Shown one piece after another: positions 37,180-49,980 of a DNA stretch of 64,000 nucleotides. Within the stretch, counting starts at the first letter, position 1; each line of letters begins with the position of its first letter. Under the pieces are notes generated by a model. The model saw only the letters and a program-made list of their open reading frames with translations, was not told the origin of the DNA and did no database searches. The stretch is taken from the NCBI RefSeq assembly GCF_039654945.1, contig NW_027361671.1:14632001-14696000 (forward strand). Reading direction: 5' to 3'. The position numbers and the translations under genes are program-made. This DNA is from Dendrobates tinctorius. Lineage: Eukaryota.

Positions 37180-39104
37180 AATAGATTCAAAACACATGTG
37201 ACATGCACAAATGTGAACAAGTCGGTCGGACAGTGTTCACACCACCCACTGACTGAAACACAAAAAGAAAACACAGAATGACAAATGTGCAGAAATACCC
37301 TGCAGTAACAAATATGACAGTAATCAGCAAGTGCTGGTAAAAAGATGGCAACAAATACAGGGTAATTAGTTGATACGTTTTTTGCAAAAAAAAATGTATA
37401 CCAAGCTGCTCCACCACGTCACGGTAACCCTTAATGGAACAGTCCCTATCTAATGTATTTAAAACCTGAACATGTGAACAGTGTCTAAATGAACAGGACC
37501 CAGACAGGCGCTTCATAGCATGGACACGTGGTGTAAGGCAGCTTTTTATGTGCATGTCACACAATAGAGGGGTGGGGTCTCTCAAATCAAGCATAAGCAA
37601 GGAGAAAATGGATTAAAAACACATGTGACATGCACAAATGTGAACAAGTCGGTCAGACAGTGTTCACACCACCCACTGACTGAAACACAAAAAGAAAACA
37701 CAGAGTGACAAATGTGCAGAAATACCCTGCAGTAACAAATATGACAGTAATCAGCAAGTGCTGATAAAAAGATGGCAACAAATACAGGGTATTTAGTCGA
37801 TACTTTTTTTGTAAAAAAATGTATACCAAGTTGCTCCACCATGTCAAGGTAACCCTTAATGGAACAGTCCCTATCTAATGTATTTAAAACCAGAACATGT
37901 GAACAGTATCTAAATGAACAGGACCCAGACAGGCGCTTCATAGTATGGGCACATGGTGTAAGGCAGCTTTTTATGTGCTTGCCACACAATAGAGGAGTGG
38001 GGTCTCTCAAACCAAGCATAAGCAAGGAGAAAATGGATTAAAAACACATGTGACAAGCACAAATGTGAACAAGTCGGTCGGACAGTGTTCACACCACCCA
38101 CTGACTGAAACACAAAAAGAAACCACAGAATGACAAATGTGCAGAATTACCCTGCAGTAACAAATATGACAGTAATCAGCAATTGCTGGTAAAAAGATGG
38201 CAACAAATACAGGGCATTTAGTCGATACATTTTTTTGCAAAAAAATGTATACCAAGCTGCTTCACCACGAAAAGGTAACCCTTAATGGAACGGTCCCTAT
38301 CTAATGTATTTAACACCTGAACATGTGAACAGTGTCTAAATGAACTGGACCCAGACAGGCGCTTCATAGTATGGGCACGTGGTGTAAGGCAGCTTTTTAT
38401 GTGCATGCCACACAATAGAGGGGTGGGGTCTCTCAAACCAAGCATAAGCAAGGAGAAAATGGATTAAAAACACATGTGACAAGCACAAATGTGAACAAGT
38501 CGGTCGGACAGTGTTCACACCACCCACTGACTGAAACACAAAAAGAAACCACAGAATGACAAATGTGCAGAATTACCCTGCAGTAACAAATATGACAGTA
38601 ATCAGCAATTGCTGGTAAAGAGATGGCAACAAATACAGGGCATTTAGTCGATACATTTTTTTTGCAAAAAAATGTGTACCTAGCTGCTTCACCACGAAAA
38701 GGTAACCCTTAATGGAACGGTCCCTATCTAATGTATTTAACACCTGAACATGTGAACAGTGTCTAAATGAACTGGACCCAGACAGGTGCTACATAGTATG
38801 GGCACGTGGTGTAAGGCAGCTTTTTATGTGCATGTCACACAATAGAGGGGTGGGGTTTCTCAAAAAAAGTATAAGTAAGGAGAAAATGGATTAAAAACAC
38901 ATGTGACATGCACAAATGTGAACAAGTTGGTCGGACAGTGTTCACAACACCCACTGACTGAAACACAAAAAGAAAACACAGAATGACAAATGTGTAGAAA
39001 TACCCTGCAGTAACAAATATAACAGTAATCAGCAAGTGCTGGTAAAAAGATGGCAACAAATACAGGGTATTTAGTCTATAGGTTTTTTTGCAAAAAAAGT
39101 ATAC
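37180..39104. repeat. ~425-bp satellite, about 4.5 copies (left part)
   Basis: AAAACACATGTGACA recurs at ~37189, 37616, 38041, 38467 and 38894. Confidence 0.95.
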
Positions 39105-40062
39105 TGTTGTGAGTTCATTTTCCCCTTCACCATTGAGGTCTGATGAACTCCCTCTTCTGGTGAAGGAAGGTAGTGAGGCTGATTACCAAGCACCTGAGCA
39201 GGATGATGATGACTGGGTGACTGGAATTGCTGACTGGATATAAGGCAGCCGACGCCCTTCTGCCTTGCTGGTGATTTCTCAGAGGGATTCTAGGAGACCA
39301 GTCTGATTCCTGCTCCTCAAAAGCTAAGTTTTCTGCTCTGCTTTTTGCATTTGTGTTTTGGTTTTGTTTTGCCTTGTTTTTCTGGATTTCTGCCATTCCC
39401 TGCTGGGGTGAGCTGAATTCCTTTTTGCTATGTCTTCAGAAAATACCTGAGTACTGATATAGTCTTTTTGAAGCCTAGCGTCTTCAGGGTTTTTTTCCCT
39501 ATCAGTCTGTTGGCTCTTGTTTTGATAGGATTTTGGCGGATTGCAGACAGCAGCTTTTCTATCCTGTCCTATTTAGTTAGCTTGGGCCCCATCATTTGCT
39601 CAGCCTATCTTTCTATCTGTGTGAGTGTTTTTTCATCTTGCTTCACCGTCATTATATGTTGGGGGCTGCCTATTGCTTTGGGGTCTGCTCTGGGGCAGTT
39701 TACATTTCCCTTTCTGTCTTTAGGCTATTTAGTTCTCTGGCTGTGATCGAGGGGTCTAGGGCACCGTAGGAACCCCCCACGGCTACTGCTAGTTGTTGTG
39801 GATAGGTTCAGGGGTCTGCAATCCGATAGCTGCCAACTTCTCTGGTTTTCTGGACTTAGCTAGTATTTCTGTTTTTGCCTCCTACGGTGACTTATTCATA
39901 ACAGAATCACCAGCCATACCGCAGATCCTAGGGTACTCAATAGCAGGAAAGAATTGTAAAAAAAAAAAAAAAAAGAAGTGTGTATATTTTTTCCTCTATA
40001 TCTCTGAGGCCGTAGGGGGAATTTTTTTTTTCTCTCAATGGAGATAAAGCAATTGTCTGATC

Positions 40063-42564
40063 ATGTGGAGCAGCTCGCTGCGGAAGTGCAGTGAATTTCC
40101 CCCAACGTTGCTCATTCACATGCTGCTGAACCAAAGATCCCTACTCCTGATGTGTTTTTTTCGGGATCGGTCTAAATTTTTGAATTTCAAAAATTATTGT
40201 AAATTATTTTTTGCCTTAAAACTTAACTCGTCAGGGAGCTCCGCGCAGCGGGTTAAAATTGTCATCTCTTTGCTGCGTGGCGATCCCCAGGATTGGGCGT
40301 TTTCTTTGAAACCAGATGATCCTATTCTGACTAATGTGAATGCATTTTTTCAAGCCTTGGGGTTGTTGTATGACGAACCTAATGCTATTGATCAGGCTGA
40401 AAAGACCCTGTTGGCATTGAGCCAGGGTCGAGATTCTGCAGAATTGTACTGTCAAAAATTCCGAAAGTGGGAGGTCCTTACTACCTGGAATGATAATGCA
40501 TTGGCAGCTCTCTTTCAGAAGGGGTTGTCAGAAGCCGTAAAAGATACTATGGTGGGATTTCCTGTTCCCTCTGGTCTTGACGATTCTATGTCATTAGCCA
40601 TTCAGGTTGATCGGCGTTTACGTGAACGCAGGACTGCACGAGAGGTGTTGCCACCTGTTGAACAAGTGTCTGAACCTATGCAATGTGATAGAGTTTTGTC
40701 CAGGGAGCAACGTCAGGAGTTCAGAAGGCGTAATAAGCTGTGTTTTTTTTGTGGAGATGCCTCGCATATTATTTCTGTCTGTCCTAAACGAGAGAAACGT
40801 TTTGCACACACGTTTTCTGTGGGTGTTGTTCAACCTAAGTTTCTTCTGGCAATTACTCTGATCTGCTCCCTGTCCACATTTTCTGCCAAGGCTTTTGTGG
40901 ATTCGGGAGCAGCCCTGAACCTAATGGTCTTGGATTTTGCTAAACGTTGTGGATTTCCTATGACACCTCTGCGGACGCCAATCCCTTTGAGGGGGATTGA
41001 TGCTACTCCTTTGGCGAAAAATAAACCTCAGTTTTGGACCCAGGTGGTAATGCGGGTCACCCCAGACCATCAAGAAAATTGCAGATTTTTGGTGTTGCAT
41101 AATTTGCATGATACCATTGTTCTGGGGTTTCCCTGGTTGCAAATTCATAATCCAGTCTTGGATTGGAAATCTGTGTCTGTGGTGAGTTGGGGTTGTCGGT
41201 GTGCCCTTAGTGAGGCTCCGTTTTTTTCCACCTCTCCTCAGTCGCATGATGTTCCTGACTATTTGGCGGACTTTTATGATGTATTTAGTGAGAATGAGTC
41301 TACGTCTTTGCCTCCTCATAGGATATATGACTGTGCAATTGAACTGAGCCCGGGGTGTAAATTTCCCAAGGGTCGGCTCTTCAATTTATCTGTACCCGAG
41401 CACGAGGCTATGCGATCCTATATTAAGGAGGCGTTGGAGAAGGGTCATATTAGACCATCCTCTTCACCCTTAGGTGCCGGGTTTTTCTTCGTGGCCAAAA
41501 AGGATGGTTCATTAAGGCCTTGTATTGATTATCGTGCCCTCAACAAAATTACTATTAAATATCAGTATCCGTTACCCCTGATTTCGGATCTATTCTCCAG
41601 AGTTAAAGGTGCTTGCTGGTTCACCAAGCTTGACCTCAGGGGGGCGTATAATCTTATCCGCATTAAGCATGGGGATGAATGGAAGACAGCGTTTAATACT
41701 CCGGAGGGACATTTTGAGTACCTGGTGATGCCTTTTGGGCTCACTAATGCCCCTTCTGTCTTCCAGTGCTTCATGAACGACATTTTCCGGGACTTTGTGG
41801 ATAAATTTTTGATTATCTATCTGGATGATATTTTGATCTTCTCCAAGGATTGGGACTCTCATGTGGAACATGTTCGGACTGTGTTCCGGATCTTGAGGGA
41901 GAATTCCCTGTATGTCAAAGGATCGAAATGCCTTTTTGGGGTACAGAGGATTTCATTTTTGGGATTTATTTTGTCTCCGTCAACTATTGAAATGGACCCG
42001 GCCAAGGTACAGGCCATTTATGATTGGGTTCAGCCCACTTCTTTGAAGGCCCTCCAGAAGTTTTTGGGTTTTGCTAATTTTTATCGGAAATTTATAGCAA
42101 AATTTTCTAGTATTGCCAAGCCATTGACTGATCTGACTAAGAAGGGTGCTGATGTGTTGAATTGGTCTCCGGAGGCTGTTTCTTCCTTTCAGGAGCTGAA
42201 GCGAAGATTCACTTCTGCCCTGGTTTTGCGGCAACCTGATGTCTCACTCCCGTTCCAGGTAGAGGTGGACACTTCTGAGATTGGTGCAGGAGCTGTTTTG
42301 TCCCAAAAGGATCCTGTAACATCTAAAATGAATCCCTGTGCTTTCTTTTCCCGAAAGTTCTCTCCATCTGAACGTAACTATGATGTGGGGAATCGGGAAC
42401 TGTTAACCATGAAATGGGCATTTGAGGAGTGGAGACATTGGTTGGAGGGAGCTAAACATCAAGTCGTGGTCCTCACTGACCACAAGAATTTGATTTACCT
42501 GGAGTCAGCCAAACGCTTGAACCCTAGACAGGCTAGGTGGGCCTTGTTTTTTTACACGTTTTGA
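40063..42564 (+). pseudogene. Gypsy gag-protease-RT-RNase H (frameshifted at both ends)
   Basis: Gag ISLLRGDPQDWA, Zn knuckle CFFCGDASHIISVC, protease FVDSGA, RT LRPCIDYR and YLDD, RNase [13 protein letters not shown] and TDHKNL. Confidence 0.93.
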
Positions 42565-42568
42565 TTTT

Positions 42569-44230
42569 GTGGTCTCTTTTCTTCCTGGCACTAAGAATGT
42601 CAAGGCTGACGCTCTCTCTAGGAGCTTCTTTGCTGATTCTCCTGTGGTGGCCAAGCCTGCTACCATCTTAGGCGAAGGGGTAGTTCTTTCTGTCATCTCG
42701 CCCGATTTGAGACGTGCTCTGGAAGAGTTCCAGGAGGACAAACCTGAGCGTTGTCACAGTGGAAAGTTGTATGTTCCTGACCAGTGGAAGAAGAGAGTGA
42801 TGTCTGAAGTTCATTGCTCTGCATTGGCTGGTCATCCAGGTATTTTTGGTACTAGAGATCTGGTGAGTCGGTCTTTTTAGTGGCCCGCCTTGTCTCGTGA
42901 TGTCAGGAATTTTGTGCAGTCCTGTGGGACTTGCTCCCGGTCTAAACCTTGTTCTCGCTCTAGTGGGTTGTTGATGCCTTTGCCGGTCCCCAGGAGGCCA
43001 TAGACCCATATTTCAATGGATTTCATCTCTGATATGCCTGTCTCTCAGAGAATGACTGTTATTTGGGTGATTTGTGATAGGTTCTCTAAGATGGTTCATC
43101 TTGTACCACTCCCTAAGTTGCCATCTTCCTCTGAGTTGGTACCCCTGTTTTTGCAACAGGTGGTTCGCTTGCATGGGATTCCTGTGAACATTGTATCTGA
43201 CAGAGGAGTTCAGTTTGTGTCTAGATTTTGGAGGACTTTCTGTTCCAAGCTGGGAATTCAGTTGTCCTTCTCTGCTTTTCACCCTCAGACCAATGGGCAG
43301 ATGGAGAGAACAAACCAGACCTTGGAGTCGTATTTGAGATGTTTTATTTCCGCTGATCAGGATGATTGGGTTTCATTTTTGCCCTTGGCTGAATTTGCTT
43401 TAAATGATAGAGCTAGTTTTGCCACTTTGAAGTCACCTTTTTTTTGTAACTTTGGGTTTCATCCTCGATTTTCTTCAGGGCAGGTGGAGCCTTCTGCCTG
43501 CCCAGGTGTTGACACTGTGGTGGAGAGAATGCACCAGATCTGGGACCAAGTGGTGGATAAGTTATCTCTCTCCCAGGAAAAGGCCCAGCGGTTTTCCAAC
43601 CGACATAGGACCATTGGTCCCCAGTTTAAGGTTGGTGATATGGTTTGGTTATCATCAAAAAATATCGCTATGAAGGTGGCTTCTCCTAACTTTAAGCCTA
43701 GATTTATTGGACCTTACAAGATTTTGGAGATTATTAATCCGGTCTCTTTTTGTTTGGCTCTTCCTGTCACATTTAAAATCCATAATGTGTTTCATAAGTC
43801 CTTGTTGAAGAGGTTTGTTGAACCAGTTGTTCCTGGGGTGGCACCTCTGGACCCTGTATGGGTTGAAGGTAACATGGAATATGAGGTAGAGAAGATACTG
43901 GATTCCCGTCTGGCTAGACAGAGACTCCACTATTTGGTTAAGAGGAAGGGTTATGGTCAGGAGGATAATTCCTGGGTCTCTGCCTCTGATATTCATGCCA
44001 AAAGATTGGTGCGTGCCTTTCATCGGGCTCACCCTGATCGCCCTGGTGGTGTGGATGAAGGTTCGGTGACCCCTCCTCAAGGGGGAGGTAATGTTGTGAG
44101 CTCATTTTCCCCTTCACCATTGAGGTCTGATGAACTCCCTCTTCTGGTGAAGGAAGGTAGTGAGGCTGATTACCAAGCACCTGAGCAGGATGATTATGAC
44201 TGGGTGACTGGAATTGCTGACTGGATATAA
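42569..44230 (+). pseudogene. Gypsy integrase plus chromodomain (premature stops)
   Basis: GHPG Zn finger, MDFI, VSDRGVQF, HPQTNGQMER, FIGPYKI and chromodomain YEVEKILDSR...YLVKRKGYGQEDNSW. Confidence 0.93.
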
Positions 44231-44890
44231 TACAGTCGACGCCCTTCTGCCTTGCTGGTGATTTCTCAGAGGGATTCTAGGAGACCAGTCTGATTCCTGC
44301 TCCTCAAAAGCTAAGTTTTCTGCTCTGCTTTTGCATTTGTGATTTGGTTTTGTTTTGCCTTGTTTTTCTGGATTTCTGCCATTCCCTGCTGGGGTGAGCT
44401 GAATTCCTTTTTGCTCTGTCTTCAGAAAATACCTGAGTACTGATATAGTCTTTTTGAAGCCTAGCGTCTTCAAGGTTTTTTTTCCCTATCAGTCTGTTGG
44501 CTCTTGTTTTGATAGGGTTTTGGCGGATTGCAGACAGCAGCTTTTCTATCCTGTCCTATTTAGTTAGCTTGGGCCCCATCATTTGCTCAGCCTATCTTTC
44601 TATCTGTGTGAGTGTTTTTTCATCTTGCTTCACCGTCATTATATGTTGGGGGCTGCCTATTGCTTTGGGGTCTGCTCTGGGGCAGTTTAGATTTCCCTTT
44701 CTGTCTTTAGGCTATTTAGTTCTCCGGCTGTGATCGAGGGGTCTCGGGCACCGTAGGAACCCCCCACGGCTACTGCTAGTTGTTGTGGATAGGTTCAGGG
44801 GTCTGCAATCCGATAGCTGCCAACTTCTCTGTTTTTCTGGACTTAGCTAGTACTTCTGTTTTTGCCTCCTACGGTGACTCATTCATAACA

Positions 44891-45960
44891 GTATACCAAG
44901 TTGCTCCACCACGTCAAGGTAACCCTTAATGGAACAGGCCCTATCTAATGTATTTAAAACCTGAACATGTGAACAGTGTCTAAATGAACAGGACCCAGAC
45001 AGGCGCTTCATAGTATGGGCACGTGGTGCAAGGCAGCTTTTTATGTGCATGTCACACAATAGAGGGGTGGGGTCTCTCAAGCCAAGGATAAGCAAGGAGA
45101 AAATTGATTAAAAACACATGTGACATGCACAAATGTGAACAAGTCGGTCGGACAGTGTTCATACTATGAAGTGCCTGTCTGGGTCCTGTTCATTTAGACA
45201 CTGTTCACATGTTCAGGTTTTAAATACATTAGATAGGGACTGTTCCATTAAGGGTTACCTTGACGTGGTGGAGCAGCTTGGTATACATTTTTTTGCAAAA
45301 AAACATATCGACTAAATACCCTGTATTTGTTGCCATCTTTTTACCAGCACTTGCTGATTACTGTCATATTTGTTACTGCAGGGTATTTCTGCACATTTGT
45401 CATTCTGTGTTTTCGTTTTGTGTTTCAGTCAGTGGGTGGTGTGAACACTGTCCGACCGACTTGTTCACATTTGTGCATGTCACATGTGTTTTTAATCCAT
45501 TTTCTCCTTGCTTATGCTTGGTTTGAGAGAATCCACCCCTCTATTGTGTGACATGCAGATAAAAAGCTGCCTTACACCACGTGCCCATACTATGAAGCGC
45601 CTGTCTGGGTCTTGTTCATTTAGACACTGTTCACATGTTCAGGTATTACATACATTAGATAGGTAGGGACTGTTCCATTAAGGGTTACCTTGACGTGGTG
45701 AAGCAGCTTGGTATACATTTTTTTGCAAAAAAAGTATCGGCTAAATACCCTGTATTTGTTGCCATCTTTTTACCAGCACTTGCTGATTACTGTCACATTT
45801 GTTACTGCAGAGTATTTTATGCACATTTGTCATTCTGTGTTTTCTTTTTGTGTTTCAGTCAGTGGGAGGTGTGAACACTGTCCAACCGACTTGTTCACAT
45901 TTGTGCATGTTACATGTGTTTTTAATCCATTTTCTCCTTGCTTATGCTTGCTTTGAGAGA
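44891..45960. repeat. ~425-bp satellite (right part), with an orientation flip at ~45160
   Basis: 44891-45161 continues the interrupted unit. 45160-45960 is its reverse complement. Confidence 0.92.
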
Positions 45961-48900
45961 CTAGAGGGACTCTGACCCCGTGTCCTTAGGGCAGAGTTCT
46001 GTGACCGCATTCTGTGCGTTTCGTTGCCGAGCTCTGTGAGCTAAACAGGCTCCGGCATTTATGTTCTCTGTGAGGTAACAAATCTCGCACTGTACACACC
46101 GGGTGACGTTAACCCTTGTGTGTCCTTCCTTTATACCGCCATATAGCATCCATCATTACCTAGCAGCAGTATACCACCTCTGCACAGTGGACCCCGGGTT
46201 GCGATCGCACTTTCTCATATTTTATTTGTATAGTTCACCGCGCTATACTGAGAAGATATGAACAACCTGGTTGTAGATAGGCAATAGTGGTATTTGTTAA
46301 TAAAATTATAGGTACTCACTTGTGGTAGAAGAGCTGTAGAATATTCTATGAAGGTTGTAATGTCTAGATAGTGAATAGTAGTTGCAGATAATTTCCTCTG
46401 GTAGTCGGTAGTGCTGGTGGGGTAATAATAGTAGTAGTATTAAAATAACAATAAATTATATTTATACACCACACTGTAGGTCCTAAGTCTGCCGTACTCG
46501 TCACGAGTCATTTCAGGCGATTTTATTCCATTGTCTTGTAGAATTTGATGATTTAATAGCAGTGGAGCATACGTACCCCAAAAGGTTTGGTGCTGAGGCA
46601 GCTGATGGGGGATAGTAGAAAGGCAGTTATAGGTGTGCCTACTTCAGATTAGGAAGATATACCAATGTTTTGCCTGGCACTTACTACTGTGTCTGTAGTA
46701 GAAATAATGAGGTAGTCACTCTGTAGTCGACCAATATGGGAGCACTAATGAATGAGTAGTCTATACATGGCTAAATGGTACTTGCCTGAATGGTCCGCTT
46801 AGAAAGGGGGGTATACAGTAGCTGTGGTTTGCTTGTCCTCTATTTTTTTATTAGAAGTTCCATAGACTGCGAAGGGGAAATGAAAATTAAAAAGTAAAAA
46901 TTAAAAAGCATATAGCTCAATCTCGTGATTAAGCCAAAAGGCTTAATTCATTTGTATATACCGCTGCATTATAAATATTACCAGCAACGTACAATTCTTA
47001 TTAGCATGTAGGTATTCTTTATGGTTTTAATACAATTTTACACTATATTTATTGTTATTTTAATACTACTACTATTATTACCCCACCAGCTCTACCGACT
47101 ACCAGAGGAAATTATCTGCAACTACTATTCGCTATCTAGACATTATAACCTTAATAGAATATTCTACAGCTCTTCTACCACAAGTGAGACAGAGGGACAG
47201 GGAGTTGCTAATGATGAAGTTGGCCTTTTCGGACTGGAGACACCTCCTGGAGGGGGCACGTCACCCTTTCCAGGTGTTCACAGACCACAAAAACTTGGTA
47301 TATTTGCAGACGGCCCAGCGGCTAAATTCTCGCCAGGCCAGATGGTCCTTGTTCTTCTCCCGCTTCCACTTTACCCTCCATTTCCTATCCAGTGAGAAGA
47401 ACGTCCAGGCCGATGCTCTCTCCCGGTCCATGGTGTCATTGGAGGAGGAGGAGCCTCGGCTGATCGTCCCATCCAAGAGCCTGAGGACCGTGGCTCCGGT
47501 CGCTCTTGAGTCAGTACCTCCGGGCAAGACATTTGTCCCTGCCCGTCTGCGACCAGAGATCCTCTCTTGGGCTCATTCGTCCAGGGTGGGTGGACATTTC
47601 GGGACAAAATGGACCTCTGAGCTTCTGGTGAGGACGTACTGGTGGCCGCATATGGCCCGTGATGTCAGGGACTGTATTTAGGATTGCGTCTCTTGCGCCC
47701 AGAATAGGTCCTCTCGGCAGTGGCACGCTGGGTTACTTTATCCCCTGCCGGTAGCAGACAGGCCCTGGGATATGGTCAGTATGGACTTTATGGTGGGGCT
47801 GCCCAAGTTCAGTGGCAGTACAGTCATTTGGCTTGTCACCAACCATTTCTCCAAGATGGTGCACCTGGTACCTCTCTCCCGGTTACCTTCTGCACGGAGC
47901 CTGGCAGGGTTGTTCATTAAGCATGTTTTCCACCTGCATGGCATGCCGGACAAGATTGTCAGCGACCGGGGTCCCCAGTTTGCGTCTCAGTTCTGGAGAG
48001 AGCTCTGCAGCCTGCTCAGCACTGAGCTAAATCTCTCTTCGGCCTATCATCCCGAGAAGAACGGGTTGGTAGAGAGAGCCAACCAGACCCTGGTCACATA
48101 TCTACGACATTTTGTCTCAGCCAGGCAGGTTGACTGGGCATCCTTGCTGCTGTGGGTGGAGTTCGCTTTGAACAATGCTGTGGCCGACTCCACTGGCCAG
48201 ACCCCATTCCTCCTAAATTACGGCCAGCATCCACGCATCCCTGTGCCCATGCCCGTGTCGCACACCGGTTCCAGGGTGGCAGACTGGGCGGTGGAGGCAT
48301 GTGACATTTGGGATCGCACTCAGGATGTTATCCGGGCCTCCAAGGAGAGAATGAGGGCCTCCGCCGACAACCACCGGCGCTCCGCTCCGACCTTTGCTCC
48401 TAGCGACTTAGTGTGGCTCTCCGCCCGTAACATCAGGCTGCGGGTCGAGTCTGCAAAATTCGCACCTCGCTACATTGGCCACTTCAAGGTCCTTGAGCAG
48501 ATCAACCCTGTGGTCTACCGTCTGGCCCTGCCACCACACTTGGCTATCTCTGACACCTTCCACGTGTCCCTCCTTAAGCCTGTCCACATGTCCCGGCTCT
48601 CCGAGTCATCTGCCACTCCAGGGACTAAGTACTCCATTCGGTCCACTGAGCATGCCCGTGGGACGATCTCTCATTGGAGATCGGAGGTCACATGCTCAGG
48701 TCCTTCTCCAGCTCAGATTAGACCATCAGGAGGGTCAGGAAGGTCCCAGAAGGATGCGGCTATAAAAGGTTCGCATGGCCGCCTGGCCATGCGCTAGTAT
48801 AGACTGCATTACCAGACTATGAGGAGTGAGTGTTGTATGCATGTATGAATGTCTCTGGTGAATGACTCTTTAAGAAACCCCTACCCTTGGTACACATGTG

Positions 48901-49379
48901 TTGTGCAGCATAGCCTGTTAAGCGCCCAGGCTTAGGTGTAGATAGAGGCAGAGTCTGAGACTGGCATCAGTGTTCACCGGTGGCTCTGCACGCCACGGTG
49001 CACGTGCTCGACACTCCAGCATAGTCAGCGTCTATAGTGGCATCCACAGGTGCGATGCCACGTGCTCAGAAGGTCTAGAGGGACTCTGACCCCGTGTCCT
49101 TGGGGCAGAGTTCTGTGACCGCATTCTGTGCGCTCCGTTTCCGAGCTCTGTGAGCTAAACAGGCTCCGGCATTTATGTTCTGCAGTAGTGCAACTCTGTG
49201 AGGTAACAGAGCTCGCACTGTACACACCGGGTGACATTAACCCTTGTGTGTTCTTCCTTTATACCGCCATATAGCGTCCGCCATTACCTAGCAGCAGTAT
49301 ACCACCTCTGCACGGTGGACCCCGGGTTGCGATCGCACTTTCTCATATTTTATATTTAGTGCGATCCGCAACCCTAACA
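45961..49379 (+). mobile_element. Second, deleted Gypsy element: partial LTR, RNase H-integrase fragment, LTR
   Basis: 45961-46230 matches 49075-49350. ORFs 47184..47681 (TDHKNL, ADALSR, GGHFG) and 47772..48797 (integrase core). The LTR ends ACCCTAACA. Confidence 0.85.
46246..47188. mobile_element. AT-rich fold-back insertion with 142-bp inverted arms
   Basis: 46315-46456 is the reverse complement of 47047-47188, with a few mismatches. Confidence 0.7.
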
Positions 49380-49894
49380 GTAATTAGTAGTATGCTCGTG
49401 ACAAATGTCATCCTAATGAAGGATTACAACAATTTCCAAAGATAATATAATATAAAGGGACATTCATGGACAAAATTAGACCTATCGCACTGATATGTAA
49501 CACAGACCATGAGCAAAAAGCTCCAAAAAAACGCGATAAATAGATCAACACATAATACGGTAGAAAAATATAAATTTATTAACAAAGGTATATTAAAACA
49601 TCGAATACAGATCAATATAAGGGGATGTTAGGAAAATTAGTGTCAAATCCAAAAAGAATGGGCTAGACAGCAAAGGGAGACAGAACTGGACAGCAAACTG
49701 GTTTAACAAGGTTGATGTAAGAGGAGAGGAAAGGTAATGTAATTGATGGAATGGTAAACTCAAAAACATCATTATATCGAGTGTCCATATTTCCTCACAT
49801 AGCATCAAGGCATCATATGTCCACAATGGGCGCAATATAAAAGTGTAAAGATCGTAAGAGGACACTCACCAGCGGCTACCAGTCTGTCCACCCA

Positions 49895-49935
49895 CCCCGA
49901 CGGGCGTTTCGGAGGGTCAGTCCTTCATCAGGGGG
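49895..49935 (-). ncRNA. Minimal type I hammerhead ribozyme (mirror copy, GUC site)
   Basis: Minus strand: CCCC-CTGATGA-A-GGA(CTGACCC)TCC-GAAA-CGCCCG-TC-GGGG. Confidence 0.85.
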
Positions 49936-49939
49936 CATG

Positions 49940-49980
49940 CCCCCTGATGAAGGACTGACCCTCCGAAACGCGCATCGGGG
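49940..49980 (+). ncRNA. Minimal type I hammerhead ribozyme (helix III variant)
   Basis: CCCC-CTGATGA-A-GGA(CTGACCC)TCC-GAAA-CGCGCA-TC-GGGG. Confidence 0.82.

Larger units (their letters stand above)
39105..44890 (+). mobile_element. Full-length Ty3/Gypsy chromovirus (sushi-like)
   Basis: 799-bp LTRs at 39105-39903 and 44092-44890, TG...CA termini, polypurine tract at ~44079-44090, and GTATAC on both sides. Confidence 0.96.

Noticed and set aside
40063-44230. Domesticated PEG10/RTL1-like gene
   Set aside because: Flanked by two LTRs and a TSD, disrupted by stops, and a paralogous fragment lies at 62964.
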